DNA from: Elusimicrobiota bacterium
GTDB taxonomy: Bacteria > Elusimicrobiota > Elusimicrobia > UBA1565 > UBA9628
Assembly (NCBI GenBank): GCA_027319565.1
Contig: DAHVNA010000007.1
Coordinates: 1-54,250, forward strand
Direction of reading: 5' to 3'
DNA length: 54,250 nucleotides
Each line of letters starts with the position of its first letter. Positions within the stretch are counted from its first letter, which is position 1. The notes beneath the pieces are model-generated. The model was given only the letters and a program-made list of their open reading frames with translations, was not told where the DNA came from and did not search any database. Positions 38,063-47,704 of this stretch are shown piece by piece. A program made the position numbers and the translations under genes.

Positions 38063-38899
38063 TTAGCGATTCGGCGCGGATATTTTTTTGACGGCCACAT
38101 TGCCGGAACCGGCTGCCGCCGAGACAACAAAAGACGCGCCCTCTAAATTTCCCCAATCATTTGCGACCTTTCCTGCCTCGCTCCGCGCGCTGCTGGAAAG
38201 TTTGGAGCCCGCGGGAAACGCCAGGCTCACGTCTCCGCTGCCCGCCGCGGCCTTTACCCTCCCTTTTTCAGGAATCTTGCTCCATTTAAGATCGATATCC
38301 CCGCTTCCTGTTCGAACACGCGCGGAGGCGGTCAGTCTATCCAATCGAACACTGCCGCTCCCGGCACGAACGCGAATATTGGACAAGGATTCTCCTTGAA
38401 TGGAACCGCTTCCAGAATTCACCGAGAGTTTTCCCGTCAATCCACGAACCTTGATATCCCCGGAGCCCGTTTTTATGTCCACATCCGCCTGCCGCGATGA
38501 GACCCGAATATCTCCGGATCCGGAAGCCGCATCAACAGGCAACCCTCTCGGAGCTTTTATGTCAAACCCGATCTCACATCCTCTAGATCTCCAGAATCTA
38601 AAAAACGCCGTTTTCGGACTTTGAGCCTTGACGACTAAATCGACTCCTTGTATTTCCATCGTCAACGCGCATTTTCCGGAACCCGAGGCGGGCTCAATGG
38701 CGTCCACTTTAACGAAAGTCCCGTTCGCCGCATCAACGCGAATATCTCCCACTCCTGTCCGGACCTGAATATTTCTGATCTTATCCGCCATGAAGTTCAT
38801 TGTCTCGACCACTTTTCCCCGCTCGGCCTGCCCCCGCGCCGCGAAAGCGGACGACAAGACGGCGGCAAGAAACGCGACCATCGTTTTATTTTTTCTCAT
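38063..38899 (-). CDS. DUF4097 beta-strand-repeat exported protein
   Basis: Repeated xGSGDI units; signal peptide. Confidence 0.88.
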   Translation of the reverse strand: MRKNKTMVAFLAAVLSSAFAARGQAERGKVVETMNFMADKIRNIQVRTGVGDIRVDAANGTFVKVDAIEPASGSGKCALTMEIQGVDLVVKAQSPKTAFFRFWRSRGCEIGFDIKAPRGLPVDAASGSGDIRVSSRQADVDIKTGSGDIKVRGLTGKLSVNSGSGSIQGESLSNIRVRAGSGSVRLDRLTASARVRTGSGDIDLKWSKIPEKGRVKAAAGSGDVSLAFPAGSKLSSSARSEAGKVANDWGNLEGASFVVSAAAGSGNVAVKKISAPNR

Positions 38900-38915
38900 T
38901 TTTCCTCCTAATTAG

Positions 38916-40001
38916 TTACACGGCGGGCATTGCGGACGCTCGCTTGCGACTCCCCATGCGCGTAATCCAAATCGCCCCCAAGCCCACCATGATCCCGAAT
39001 GAAATCAAAATAAAACTAAAGAAAACAAAAATCCCGCCCAACAGGCTCAGCGGAGATCCCGCCATTTCCATTAATTTCCCGAGAACCGAGAGGCCCGTCA
39101 AAAGAAGATAGCCCAGGGCCGCTCTCCCCGGGACTGATTGGACGGACCGCCGCGACGCATCTAAAAATTTATCAGCGAGGAGCATGCCGAACGAAGCCAG
39201 TCCCATTAAGGCAGCCGCGATCAAAAGCATAATCGCCAGCGGGATAAATGGAATTCCCAAAATGGAAATTGTCATCAAAAAAAGAAATGGCGATATCCCC
39301 ATGATCATCAAAACCCCGATCCCGGCCGACTTCCAGAACTCGGATTTAATCGCGCCGGCGACGGCGTCCAGCGGACGGGGCAAAAACGCCGCTAATAATA
39401 GAACCAATATCCCGATGCCCGCGATAAAAGAGAGAAAGAGAGCGTATCCGATTAAGGAAAAGAGCTCCGATCCGCCGCCGTAATTCGCTAATCCGATAAG
39501 ACGCGGGAGGAAACGGAGGCTCATTCCAAAACCGGAGACATCCCCCTTGACGACCGCGCCGTCGGATTTTTTGACTCGCCCTCCCAATACGGACACGTCT
39601 CCCTCCACCACCGCCGTGGGCAGGAGAACTACATCCCCGCCCAAAGCGGAAATATCTCCGTCCACCCTGCCGGACACGTTCACGCCCCCGCCGATAGAGA
39701 CGACGTCTCCCTTGGACCGCCCATTGATGGAGACCGAACCGCCGACGGCCACGCAATCTCCGTCAACGACGCCATCTATAACGACGGATCCTCCTTTGGC
39801 GACCACGTTTCCCGCAACCCTCTCCGCTTTTCCAACATGGATATTCCCGGCCAAAACCGTCTCCGATTCGCCATGGATATTGGCCTCACACTTTTTTGGT
39901 GCGGCGGTCAGCCCGAAGAACGCGATCGCGCCCCCCAGGACCACGCTAAGATCTCTCTTCGTTTTAATGTTCATGATTTCTCCTCGATATTTTTTCGTCA
40001 T
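38916..40001 (-). CDS. Bactofilin-like beta-helix plus multi-TM membrane protein
   Basis: GGSV.IDG.V.GD repeats followed by TM helices. Confidence 0.8.
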   Translation of the reverse strand: MTKKYRGEIMNIKTKRDLSVVLGGAIAFFGLTAAPKKCEANIHGESETVLAGNIHVGKAERVAGNVVAKGGSVVIDGVVDGDCVAVGGSVSINGRSKGDVVSIGGGVNVSGRVDGDISALGGDVVLLPTAVVEGDVSVLGGRVKKSDGAVVKGDVSGFGMSLRFLPRLIGLANYGGGSELFSLIGYALFLSFIAGIGILVLLLAAFLPRPLDAVAGAIKSEFWKSAGIGVLMIMGISPFLFLMTISILGIPFIPLAIMLLIAAALMGLASFGMLLADKFLDASRRSVQSVPGRAALGYLLLTGLSVLGKLMEMAGSPLSLLGGIFVFFSFILISFGIMVGLGAIWITRMGSRKRASAMPAV

Positions 40002-40594
40002 TCTGGCGAAAGACGGAATCCAGACTCATCCCTTGAAATCGTCAAAATCACGGCGCAGGCTAAAGCCGTTGAAATCGTCAGTTGAAGCGGCAAATGAGAT
40101 TTTCGGATGAGGAACAGGGAAACGTCTCCCAATGAGAACAGCGTCTTAATCATGGGCCGGGAAACCCGACTCCAATGCGCCGCCTGCCCTTCCAAAAGAG
40201 CCAAAATACTCTGCGGGTGAAGCAACTGTCCCATGAGGCCAATCACGTCGGAAAATCTCAAGAAAAAAGCCGCCAAAGAAAGAGCGGTGGCCGCCCAGCA
40301 AGACGCCGCCGCGATAAAGGCGTCTTGTATCCGGTCCCGCCAATACTCCGAGCGCTCAATAACTCTTGAAAAACCCAAACTGGAGAAAATTTTCGCGTTA
40401 AAGGACGCGCTTGGGAAATTATAGGGCAAAGTGGCGATTCCATCGGCAAGAGTTCGCAGCCAAAGATAGCGGCTTGAACAGGGCGAGCACTCTTTAAGAT
40501 GCGCCAAAACGTCCTCTTTTTCCCGAAAAGAGAGCGCGTCGTCCGCCAAGGCCTGTAGTTTAAGAGTTTCGCATTTCATGGTTTCTTCCTTCAA
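39998..40594 (-). CDS. Zinc-finger (ZAS/zf-HC2) anti-sigma factor
   Basis: HLKECSPC motif plus TM; follows the ECF sigma. Confidence 0.88.
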   Translation of the reverse strand: MKEETMKCETLKLQALADDALSFREKEDVLAHLKECSPCSSRYLWLRTLADGIATLPYNFPSASFNAKIFSSLGFSRVIERSEYWRDRIQDAFIAAASCWAATALSLAAFFLRFSDVIGLMGQLLHPQSILALLEGQAAHWSRVSRPMIKTLFSLGDVSLFLIRKSHLPLQLTISTALACAVILTISRDESGFRLSPE

Positions 40595-40601
40595 TACAAA
40601 C

Positions 40602-40627
40602 TACGATAAGCTGATAAAAAAGTTTCA
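40602..40627 (-). promoter_or_regulatory. Internal SigW-type ECF promoter overlapping the sigma stop codon
   Basis: TGAAAC-16 nt-CGTA. Confidence 0.7.
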
Positions 40628-41179
40628 TGCCCAATTGCTAAGCTTTTCCCGCATCAGATTCCTGGCCCGAAAGAGGCGGATTTTGACCGTGCCCTCCGGA
40701 ATTTGGAGGACCTGCGCCATACCGTCGTAATCCAATCCTTCATGGTGTCTCAAAATCAGGATTTCGCGGTAAAGCGGCGGCAAAGAGGCCAGCGCTTTTT
40801 CCACTTGCTCCGCCCGTAAAGCGGAATCGATTTTTTCTTCCGCCGGAATTTCCGCCCCCTCAATTTGCAGCGCGCTCTCATCATCTTCAATAGAGATCAA
40901 GGCAGGGCTTCGCGCCTTTAAAAAATCCAACGCGGTGTTGTGCGCGATTTTAAAAAGCCATGTAATAAAGGGATAAGCGGGATCGTAAAACTCCAGCTTG
41001 CGAAAGGCTTTAAGAAAGGCGTCCTGAGCCAGGTCCTCAGCGTCGCTGGGGTTTGGGACAATCCGCAAAATCAGGGTAAAAATCTGATTTTTATAGCGAT
41101 CTAGGAGAGTTCCAAAGGCTTCCTGATCTCCGCTCAGACAACGCCGAATCCATAAAAGGTCGTCTACGGACTTCGTCAT
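40625..41179 (-). CDS. ECF RNA polymerase sigma factor (SigW-like)
   Basis: DAEDLAQDAFLKAF, TWLFKIA.N, GTVKIRLFRAR. Confidence 0.95.
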   Translation of the reverse strand: MTKSVDDLLWIRRCLSGDQEAFGTLLDRYKNQIFTLILRIVPNPSDAEDLAQDAFLKAFRKLEFYDPAYPFITWLFKIAHNTALDFLKARSPALISIEDDESALQIEGAEIPAEEKIDSALRAEQVEKALASLPPLYREILILRHHEGLDYDGMAQVLQIPEGTVKIRLFRARNLMREKLSNWA

Positions 41180-41213
41180 CGTCTCATCACGCTAAAAAGC
41201 CCACGCTACATAC

Positions 41214-41239
41214 TACGAAAGATTCCGGATTTTGTTTCA
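41214..41239 (-). promoter_or_regulatory. Autoregulatory SigW-type ECF promoter
   Basis: TGAAAC-16 nt-CGTA upstream of the sigma gene. Confidence 0.8.
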
Positions 41240-41289
41240 GAGCGCGGAACCTACATGATATTCCACGGCATTTACGGCTACGAGCTTAA

Positions 41290-42078
41290 TCATTCAGCGA
41301 CGTCGAGCTCTAAAACTTTTTTAAGCGCCGCAATCAAACCCGCCGGATCCGGACTCTCAGACTGAACGCCTTTAATTCCAAAACTTCTAAGAGCTTCTCC
41401 GGTCACCGAGCCGATACACACCGCCGCGACTTTTGAAAACAATTTCCGCGATTTTAAAACCCCCAAAGCCTTGACAAACTCTTTGACCGAACGAGCCGAG
41501 GCAAAGACAACCGCGTCAAAATCTTTTTCGGACATCCGCTCAAGCCTGAGGAGATATTTTTTCTGAGGCACAACCTGATACGCCGCGGGAACTTGAACAT
41601 GGGCTCCTCTCTTTCTCAATGTCTGAGGCAGAATTTCCCGCGCTTCCTTGGCCCGCGGAATCAAAATTTTAAGCCCTTTGACCTTTTTAAGCTCCTTTAA
41701 AAGCCCTTCCGCTCGGAACTCTCTAGGCATTTTGACTTTTAAAAATCCCGCCGCTTGCAAGGCTTGTTTGGTCTGAGGACCAATAGCATAGAGAATCTTG
41801 GGATGGGAAAGCCTAAGGCTTAGGTCTTTGGCGCGCGACAAAAAAAACTGAACCGCCAAGGCGCTGGTAAAAATAACGATATCAAACTCTTCCCATCGGC
41901 GAAGGGAACGGTCCATCGCGCGGAAAGATTTTGGAGAAACGATCTTGGTCAGGGGAAAAACTAAAGGGCGCGCGCCCAAGGCTTTGAGTTGAATCGAAAA
42001 ATCCCGTGATTTTTCCTCGGGGCGAGTGATTAATATTTTCTTGCCTTTAAAAATCTTGCCTCTCATTGAGCTTTTCAT
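41290..42078 (-). CDS. hemD: Uroporphyrinogen-III synthase
   Basis: ILITRP, IFTSA.AV, AIGPQT, FASARSV, CIG..T. Confidence 0.92.
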   Translation of the reverse strand: MKSSMRGKIFKGKKILITRPEEKSRDFSIQLKALGARPLVFPLTKIVSPKSFRAMDRSLRRWEEFDIVIFTSALAVQFFLSRAKDLSLRLSHPKILYAIGPQTKQALQAAGFLKVKMPREFRAEGLLKELKKVKGLKILIPRAKEAREILPQTLRKRGAHVQVPAAYQVVPQKKYLLRLERMSEKDFDAVVFASARSVKEFVKALGVLKSRKLFSKVAAVCIGSVTGEALRSFGIKGVQSESPDPAGLIAALKKVLELDVAE

Positions 42079-43581
42079 TTAGAGCCTGGCCCGCGCGATA
42101 GCTTGATGCCAGATTTGAATCCGCTCTTCCCTTTTTTTACTCCCCATCGCGGGGATAAATTTCTTTTCTGGTATCCGAATCTTTTTAATTTCCTCGAGAT
42201 TTTTCCAAAAGCCCGCCCCCAGGCCGGCCATCAACGCCGCTCCCAAGGCCGTTGTCTCAACGTTCTCGGGGCGATAAAGGCAAACCCCGGAATAATCCGA
42301 TTGAATTTGCATCAAAAGCTCATTGCTTGAAGCGCCGCCGTCAACCCGCAGGGTTTTAATGGGGCCATGAATATCTTTGGCCATCGCGCGCAGGATATCG
42401 ACATTTTGAAGAGAGATGGCTTCCAAAGTCGCTAGAGCGAGATGCCCGCCTGTCACGCCGCGGGTCAAACCGCAAATGAGTCCTCGAACCTCGGGGTTCC
42501 AATAGGGAACGCCCAAACCGGCAAAGGCTGGAACAAACTGAACGCCGCCGTTATCCGAAACGGAAGAAGCCAGTTTTTCAATTTCGGAAGAAGAACGGAT
42601 AATCTTAAGCCCGTCTCTGAGCCATTGGACCGCCGCGCCGCAGATAAAAGCGCCGCCTTCAAGCGCGTAACTGACCTTTCCATTAAAATAAAGCGCTACC
42701 GTGCTGACATTGCCCCAGCGGCTCAACACCGGAGTTTCACCGGTATTAAGCAAAATGAAACTGCCGGTTCCAAAGGTGCATTTGGCGTCTCCCTTGGAAA
42801 AACCGCGCTGTCCAAAAAGCGCCGCCTGCTGATCGCCCGCCATACCGGAAATTGGAATTTCATCGGGAAGATTAGGCACGCCGCGGGTAACCCCCAAAAC
42901 CCCCACATTGGGACAAATTTCAGGCAGAATGTTCATTGGAACGCCCAAGATGGAACAGAGTTTTTCATCCCACCGAAGGGTTTTAATATCCATCAAAAGC
43001 GTGCGGGAAGCGTTGCTCGCGTCGGTTTTGTGGACTTTGCCGCCGCTTAATTTCCACAGTAAGAAAGAATCGATCGTCCCAAAGGAAATCTCCCCTTTTT
43101 GAGCGCGCGCACGGACGCCCGGGACATATTCCAAAATCCAATGGATTTTAGTCCCGGAAAAGTAGGGATCCAAAAAAAGCCCGGTTTTTTTATGGAACAA
43201 GGCTTCTCGGCCCGATTTTTTAAGAGACGCGCAAAAAGCCGCGGTTCTCCGGTCCTGCCAGACAATCGCGGGATAGACCGCTTTGCCGCTTTGGCGATCC
43301 CAAAGCAGGCTCGTCTCGCGCTGATTGGCAAGGCCAATGGCCGCAATCTGGGAAGAAGAGATTTTCGCTTCTTGAAGGGCCCGTTTAATCCCCTTTAATA
43401 CTGAATCCCAAATATCTTCGGGAGCGTGTTCGACCCAGCCCGGCCGAGGAAAACTCTGTTTAAACTCGAAAGTCGCCTTCGCGCGCAGGCGAGCTCGCGA
43501 ATCAATGATGATGACTGTGCTCCCAGTCGTTCCTTGATCAATGGCAAGAATGAATTTTTGCGAGAGAGGGACTGTCCCCAT
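42079..43581 (-). CDS. glpK: Glycerol kinase
   Basis: AIDQGTTG, NQRET, WQDRRT, GDQQAALFGQ, RVDGG. Confidence 0.97.
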   Translation of the reverse strand: MGTVPLSQKFILAIDQGTTGSTVIIIDSRARLRAKATFEFKQSFPRPGWVEHAPEDIWDSVLKGIKRALQEAKISSSQIAAIGLANQRETSLLWDRQSGKAVYPAIVWQDRRTAAFCASLKKSGREALFHKKTGLFLDPYFSGTKIHWILEYVPGVRARAQKGEISFGTIDSFLLWKLSGGKVHKTDASNASRTLLMDIKTLRWDEKLCSILGVPMNILPEICPNVGVLGVTRGVPNLPDEIPISGMAGDQQAALFGQRGFSKGDAKCTFGTGSFILLNTGETPVLSRWGNVSTVALYFNGKVSYALEGGAFICGAAVQWLRDGLKIIRSSSEIEKLASSVSDNGGVQFVPAFAGLGVPYWNPEVRGLICGLTRGVTGGHLALATLEAISLQNVDILRAMAKDIHGPIKTLRVDGGASSNELLMQIQSDYSGVCLYRPENVETTALGAALMAGLGAGFWKNLEEIKKIRIPEKKFIPAMGSKKREERIQIWHQAIARARL

Positions 43582-43587
43582 CTCCGC

Positions 43588-44499
43588 TCAAGCCCCAGGC
43601 GAGCTCGGGGTTCCGTCGGAGTTATAGAGTTTGTTGACCAACTTCCTAATTTTTTGATCGTCTCCGCCCGTGCGGTAAATTTGATAGATATTTCTCATGA
43701 AATCCAAGGATTCCCGGACAACGCTGGGAGCTCTGGGGTCTTGAGCCGCATTATTTAACTGCTGATAGGTGGTCAGCAACTCTTCTCCGGTCGGGTAGAT
43801 CGCCTGAATGCAGTCATATTCCCGGTGGAAAGCGAAAGACTCGACATCTTCCACCGATTCATGGCAGATATTGGGATCGGAAGCGTGACCCGCCTCATGG
43901 AAAAGGACGCAGGCCGCCAAGGGACGTCCGACGGCGACCGCAATGGAAGCCAGGCGCAAGTGAAGGTTAATCGTCCCAATTCTTTTTCCGGTTTTTTTCC
44001 CCCCGCAGATCTTATTGTAAATTCCCAACTCGTTAGAAGGAAGTTTCGCGTAGGAAATGCGCTGATGGGACTCCATCTCGTCAATTTTAGATAAGGTCGC
44101 CTCGACTGTCGAGTCCGAAGCGACGCCCTGATTGCTCTCGATTCTATCCTTGGCGGCGGAAATTAAATCTTCGATGGTGGCGGGAGGTTCGCCCAAGCTC
44201 GGCTCAATTTTATAAGGATGGAGATGCGGGCGAATTAAAATCGCCGCCCCAGGCATGCCAAACTCATAATCTGTTTCGGCTTTTTGATGGATCGCAAGAA
44301 CAGAGGCGTTTTTATCAGCGACCAAGCTCATGATTTTCCGCGTTTCATGCCCTAAATCCAAAGCGTTGGAAGGAGCGGAATCATCTGCGCCCGCGATAAA
44401 CATGGGACCTGCGTAAACAGAAGAAACAAGCGCGGCAAGAGAAAACGCGATGGAAAATACGAACCCGGCTCCGCGATTGGCGCTTGGTCTTTGTTTCAT
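43588..44499 (-). CDS. Secreted hypothetical protein with HEXXH zinc-metallopeptidase motif
   Basis: Signal peptide; VLFHEAGHA..EDVESFAF. Confidence 0.65.
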   Translation of the reverse strand: MKQRPSANRGAGFVFSIAFSLAALVSSVYAGPMFIAGADDSAPSNALDLGHETRKIMSLVADKNASVLAIHQKAETDYEFGMPGAAILIRPHLHPYKIEPSLGEPPATIEDLISAAKDRIESNQGVASDSTVEATLSKIDEMESHQRISYAKLPSNELGIYNKICGGKKTGKRIGTINLHLRLASIAVAVGRPLAACVLFHEAGHASDPNICHESVEDVESFAFHREYDCIQAIYPTGEELLTTYQQLNNAAQDPRAPSVVRESLDFMRNIYQIYRTGGDDQKIRKLVNKLYNSDGTPSSPGA

Positions 44500-44534
44500 T
44501 ACTACTAATATAGCAAAGGAACGCTCTTGCGTCC

Positions 44535-44550
44535 TGGGCCTAAAGGCCTA
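44535..44550 (-). promoter_or_regulatory. Palindromic operator box
   Basis: TGGGCCTAAAGGCCTA, 22 nt upstream of TATATT (44507-44512). Confidence 0.72.
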
Positions 44551-44556
44551 GAAGTT

Positions 44557-45981
44557 CTAGGCCCCGCGTTTTCGCTCGAAGATCCCGACGGATTCGACAT
44601 GCGCCGTTTGCGGAAACAAATCGACGGGCTGAACGGAACGCAAGGAAAATCCCTGCCGGCACAAAAGGGCGGCATCGCGGCTAAAAGTCCCTAAATCGCA
44701 AGAGATATAGACTATTTTTCCAATCGGCAAGCGCCCTAAAGCCTTGGGGATATGCGGGGCAAGGCCAGTCCGAGGCGGATCGCATAAAACGGATGAGCCT
44801 TCTTTCATTTCCCGCGAGATTCGAGCTAAAACCGATTCGGATTTCCCGGCCAAGAAGCGAACCTTCTTAACTTGATTTAAACGCGCGTTCTCCCATGCGT
44901 CTTTAACCGCCAGGGGGTTTTCCTCGACTCCAATGACCCGATCCGAAACCTGAGACGCCCACAAACTCGTCGTTCCCACTCCGCAGTAAAGGTCCAAAAT
45001 CAAGGGCGGACGCCCGCCTTGGGACAATCCCTCCACCGCCGAGCGGTATAAAACTTCCGCGGCCGGAGTGTTGACCTGAAGAAAAGAACCCGCCGAGACC
45101 TTAAATAAAAAAGGGCCAATTTTTTCGACAAGCGATTCCTGACCCCAAAGTTTTTTCCATTTCCGTCCCAGGATGACCGAGGTCTTAAGCGGCTGGATGT
45201 TTTGGTGAATTCCCGCAATTTGGGGAAACTCCCGGATCAAGGAATCAAGAAGCTCGCGGAGTTTGGGAAAATAATCCGTGCGAGTCACAAAGGCGACCAA
45301 AGCTTTCCCTTCATAACTAGAACGTATCAATAAATGTCTCAGCCAACCGCCGCCGGAAACTTCATCGTAGATCGGCCAATTCTGTTCTTGAGCCAAGGCT
45401 TTGACTCTCAGGGCGATGCGAACGGAAATTTCCGACTGCACCGGACAATCGGAAAAATCGACGATATGATGAGTCCCGCTCGCGTAAAAGCCGCAAACGA
45501 CCTTGCCTTCTCTTTTCCCAAAAGGAATCTGAACCTTATTGCGGTATTTCCAATTTTGCGGAGAAGGGAGGGTTTCTTTGACATGGGGATTTTGAAACCC
45601 GCCGATTTTTTTGAGGGTATCGACGACGAGATTTCTCTTTTGGACGAGCTGGGTTACATAATCCAAATGCTGCCAATTGCACCCGCCGCAGGCCTCGGTT
45701 CTTCGGCTTTCGGAAAAATGAAGAACGCACGCGGGCTGAACCCGCCCCGGCCCGGGCGAGAGAACGCTCAAAAGTTTTCCGCGGGCGAAATTTTTCTTCA
45801 ATTCCGTAATTTCGATTTGAACGCGGTCGCCTGCCGCCGCGAAAGGGACAAAAATAACGGGCCCGGTTTTCCCTTCCGGAATCGCCAGCCCAGGTCCCTC
45901 GGTGGCCAAAGCCTTAATGAGAGCCGTCAGCTTCTGGCCTGGAATCAGGGAAGAACGGATTGAGGAGTCGACCGGACTCAA
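44557..45981 (-). CDS. rlmD: 23S rRNA m5U1939 methyltransferase
   Basis: TRAM domain, CGGCNWQH, FLQVN, DLYCGVG, DPPR, YISC, DLFPQTAHVE; start approximate. Confidence 0.93.
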   Translation of the reverse strand: MSPVDSSIRSSLIPGQKLTALIKALATEGPGLAIPEGKTGPVIFVPFAAAGDRVQIEITELKKNFARGKLLSVLSPGPGRVQPACVLHFSESRRTEACGGCNWQHLDYVTQLVQKRNLVVDTLKKIGGFQNPHVKETLPSPQNWKYRNKVQIPFGKREGKVVCGFYASGTHHIVDFSDCPVQSEISVRIALRVKALAQEQNWPIYDEVSGGGWLRHLLIRSSYEGKALVAFVTRTDYFPKLRELLDSLIREFPQIAGIHQNIQPLKTSVILGRKWKKLWGQESLVEKIGPFLFKVSAGSFLQVNTPAAEVLYRSAVEGLSQGGRPPLILDLYCGVGTTSLWASQVSDRVIGVEENPLAVKDAWENARLNQVKKVRFLAGKSESVLARISREMKEGSSVLCDPPRTGLAPHIPKALGRLPIGKIVYISCDLGTFSRDAALLCRQGFSLRSVQPVDLFPQTAHVESVGIFERKRGA

Positions 45982-45982
45982 T

Positions 45983-46429
45983 TTACCGTCCGCGTTTGAG
46001 GAGAGAATCAATTTCCATCCACAAATTTTCCATCGTAATGGGCTTTGAGAGGAAAATGGAGGCACCGGCCAACAGGCCTTCCACCTGATCGCGCGGATCA
46101 TTATAGCGGAAAGAAGCCGACAAAAGAACCAGAGGGATGGTTTGAAAACCGTCCATTCTCCTAATCAGGCGGCATAAATCAAAACCATGAATATCCGGCA
46201 AGCGAACGTCCACAATGATGACCGCGGGACGAGAAATTTGAAGTTCCTTTAAGGCTTCCACTCCGCAAGACGCACTTTTAGCCTCGATTCCCCGCAGAGA
46301 CATGACGTCCAAAAAAGTCTCGCGGAAATGCGGATCATCGTCAATGAGATAAACAAATAGTTTTTTTGAAAGCGGCGCCCGAGCTGGCTTTAACTTCGCT
46401 AGAATTTTCGGGGACTCTTTTGCGTTCAT
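45983..46429 (-). CDS. Single-domain response regulator (receiver)
   Basis: LIDDD, IIVDVRLPDIHG, FLSKP; ATG 46429 is 6 nt after TATAAT. Confidence 0.88.
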   Translation of the reverse strand: MNAKESPKILAKLKPARAPLSKKLFVYLIDDDPHFRETFLDVMSLRGIEAKSASCGVEALKELQISRPAVIIVDVRLPDIHGFDLCRLIRRMDGFQTIPLVLLSASFRYNDPRDQVEGLLAGASIFLSKPITMENLWMEIDSLLKRGR

Positions 46430-46463
46430 ATTTCTATTATATCCTGATTTAAAAAATTCCCTA

Positions 46464-46502
46464 TAGGCCAAAAGGCCCAGATTATTCCGGAAAAAAGGCC
46501 TA
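46464..46502 (-). promoter_or_regulatory. Tandem palindromic operator boxes
   Basis: TAGGCCAAAAGGCCCA + CCGGAAAAAAGGCCTA; 22 nt upstream of TATAAT (46436-46441). Confidence 0.75.
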
Positions 46503-46515
46503 GAAAAAGGCGGGG

Positions 46516-47673
46516 CTATTGATTGAGGTTCTGGGCGTGCTGGAGAAATTCCTGATGCATTTCTTCTTCCAGGTTATCCATTTCGTGCATCTTCTTTAGA
46601 AGAAGCCGGCGGCGATTATAGGGTTTACTTTCGGTAATCGTGACATGCTGGACCGGAAGGGCTTGAGGAGCGGTTTTGGGAGCTGGAGTAGAGGGCTTTG
46701 AAGAAACCGGAATTTTTTTAGTGACCAAGGCCGTCTCATTAGATGCAGAAGGAACTGCGCTATTTTGTTTGGCCTGTGCCGGCTGAGAATTATTTTGAGC
46801 GACTTGTTGTTCTGGCGAGTTGATAGGGGCGCTGACTGGATTGGCATAAGCGATATCCATACCGGCATTGGAATTGAGCCAAGCTCTGATGACATCCGAA
46901 CGAATCGCGAAATTGACCGCGGTAATGGCCAGGCCATCCGGGGCGCGTCTTGCCATCATGGTGTTCATCCCCACGATATCCGCATTGGAATTGAGAAGCG
47001 GCCCGCCGGAATTGCCCCGGTTAATGGAGGCATCGGTCTGATACCCATAGCGGCCCTTGACTCCGCCTAAATTGGCGATGACCGCGCTGATGATTCCAGT
47101 CGTCAAAGTCCAAAGCCCGCCGTCCTCGGGGTCTCCAATCGCCGCGACCGGATCGCCGACCGAAACGCTGTTGGGATTGGCCAAAGACAATGTCGGGCGG
47201 CCAACGGCGGGATGATTAAGCTTTAAAAGGGCTAAATCGAGAGTGCGGTCATAAAAAGCCACGCGCGCGACAATGGCGTGATGGAGATCTTTGTCCGGAT
47301 TTCCGGTCATATGTTTGGGTTTAAGATAAACCCGGACTAACGGCCAAGGGCGTCCCGTCGATTTATGAATGACGACATGGGCGTTGGTCAAAACCTCGTT
47401 TTCGGCAATCAAACTGCCGCTTCCCAATTCGCCGTTTCCCCCTTCCGGACCGCTGCAGATGACGGTGACCACCGCCGGAGCGGCTTTATCATAAATTTTT
47501 CTGGGAGAGAATTTAGCTCCGCCGGCGGAAAAGGCGGGAACGGAAAGCAAAAGAGAGAAACAGAAAGCGACGGAAGTTACAGAAAGAAACGGAAAGTTAC
47601 GGAAAAAGGCTGTTTCCGTTGCATCTGTTACTTTCTGTGACTTTCTGTGACTCGCCGTTGCTTTCCTTTTCAC
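46516..47673 (-). CDS. Secreted trypsin-like (S1C/HtrA-type, no PDZ) serine protease
   Basis: GSG, LTNAHVV, DLALLK, QTDASINRGNSGGPL; GTG 47673 after TATATT. Confidence 0.9.
   Translation of the reverse strand: MKRKATASHRKSQKVTDATETAFFRNFPFLSVTSVAFCFSLLLSVPAFSAGGAKFSPRKIYDKAAPAVVTVICSGPEGGNGELGSGSLIAENEVLTNAHVVIHKSTGRPWPLVRVYLKPKHMTGNPDKDLHHAIVARVAFYDRTLDLALLKLNHPAVGRPTLSLANPNSVSVGDPVAAIGDPEDGGLWTLTTGIISAVIANLGGVKGRYGYQTDASINRGNSGGPLLNSNADIVGMNTMMARRAPDGLAITAVNFAIRSDVIRAWLNSNAGMDIAYANPVSAPINSPEQQVAQNNSQPAQAKQNSAVPSASNETALVTKKIPVSSKPSTPAPKTAPQALPVQHVTITESKPYNRRRLLLKKMHEMDNLEEEMHQEFLQHAQNLNQ
47531..47670. repeat. 10-bp-period palindromic repeat element within the protease 5' end
   Basis: ACGGAAAG-type units mirrored by CTTTCTGT/CTTTCCGT units around ACGGAAAAAGGCTGTTTCCGT. 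Confidence 0.8.
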
Positions 47674-47704
47674 AGTCAAAATATAACAGCCCAAAGGGGA
47701 TTTG

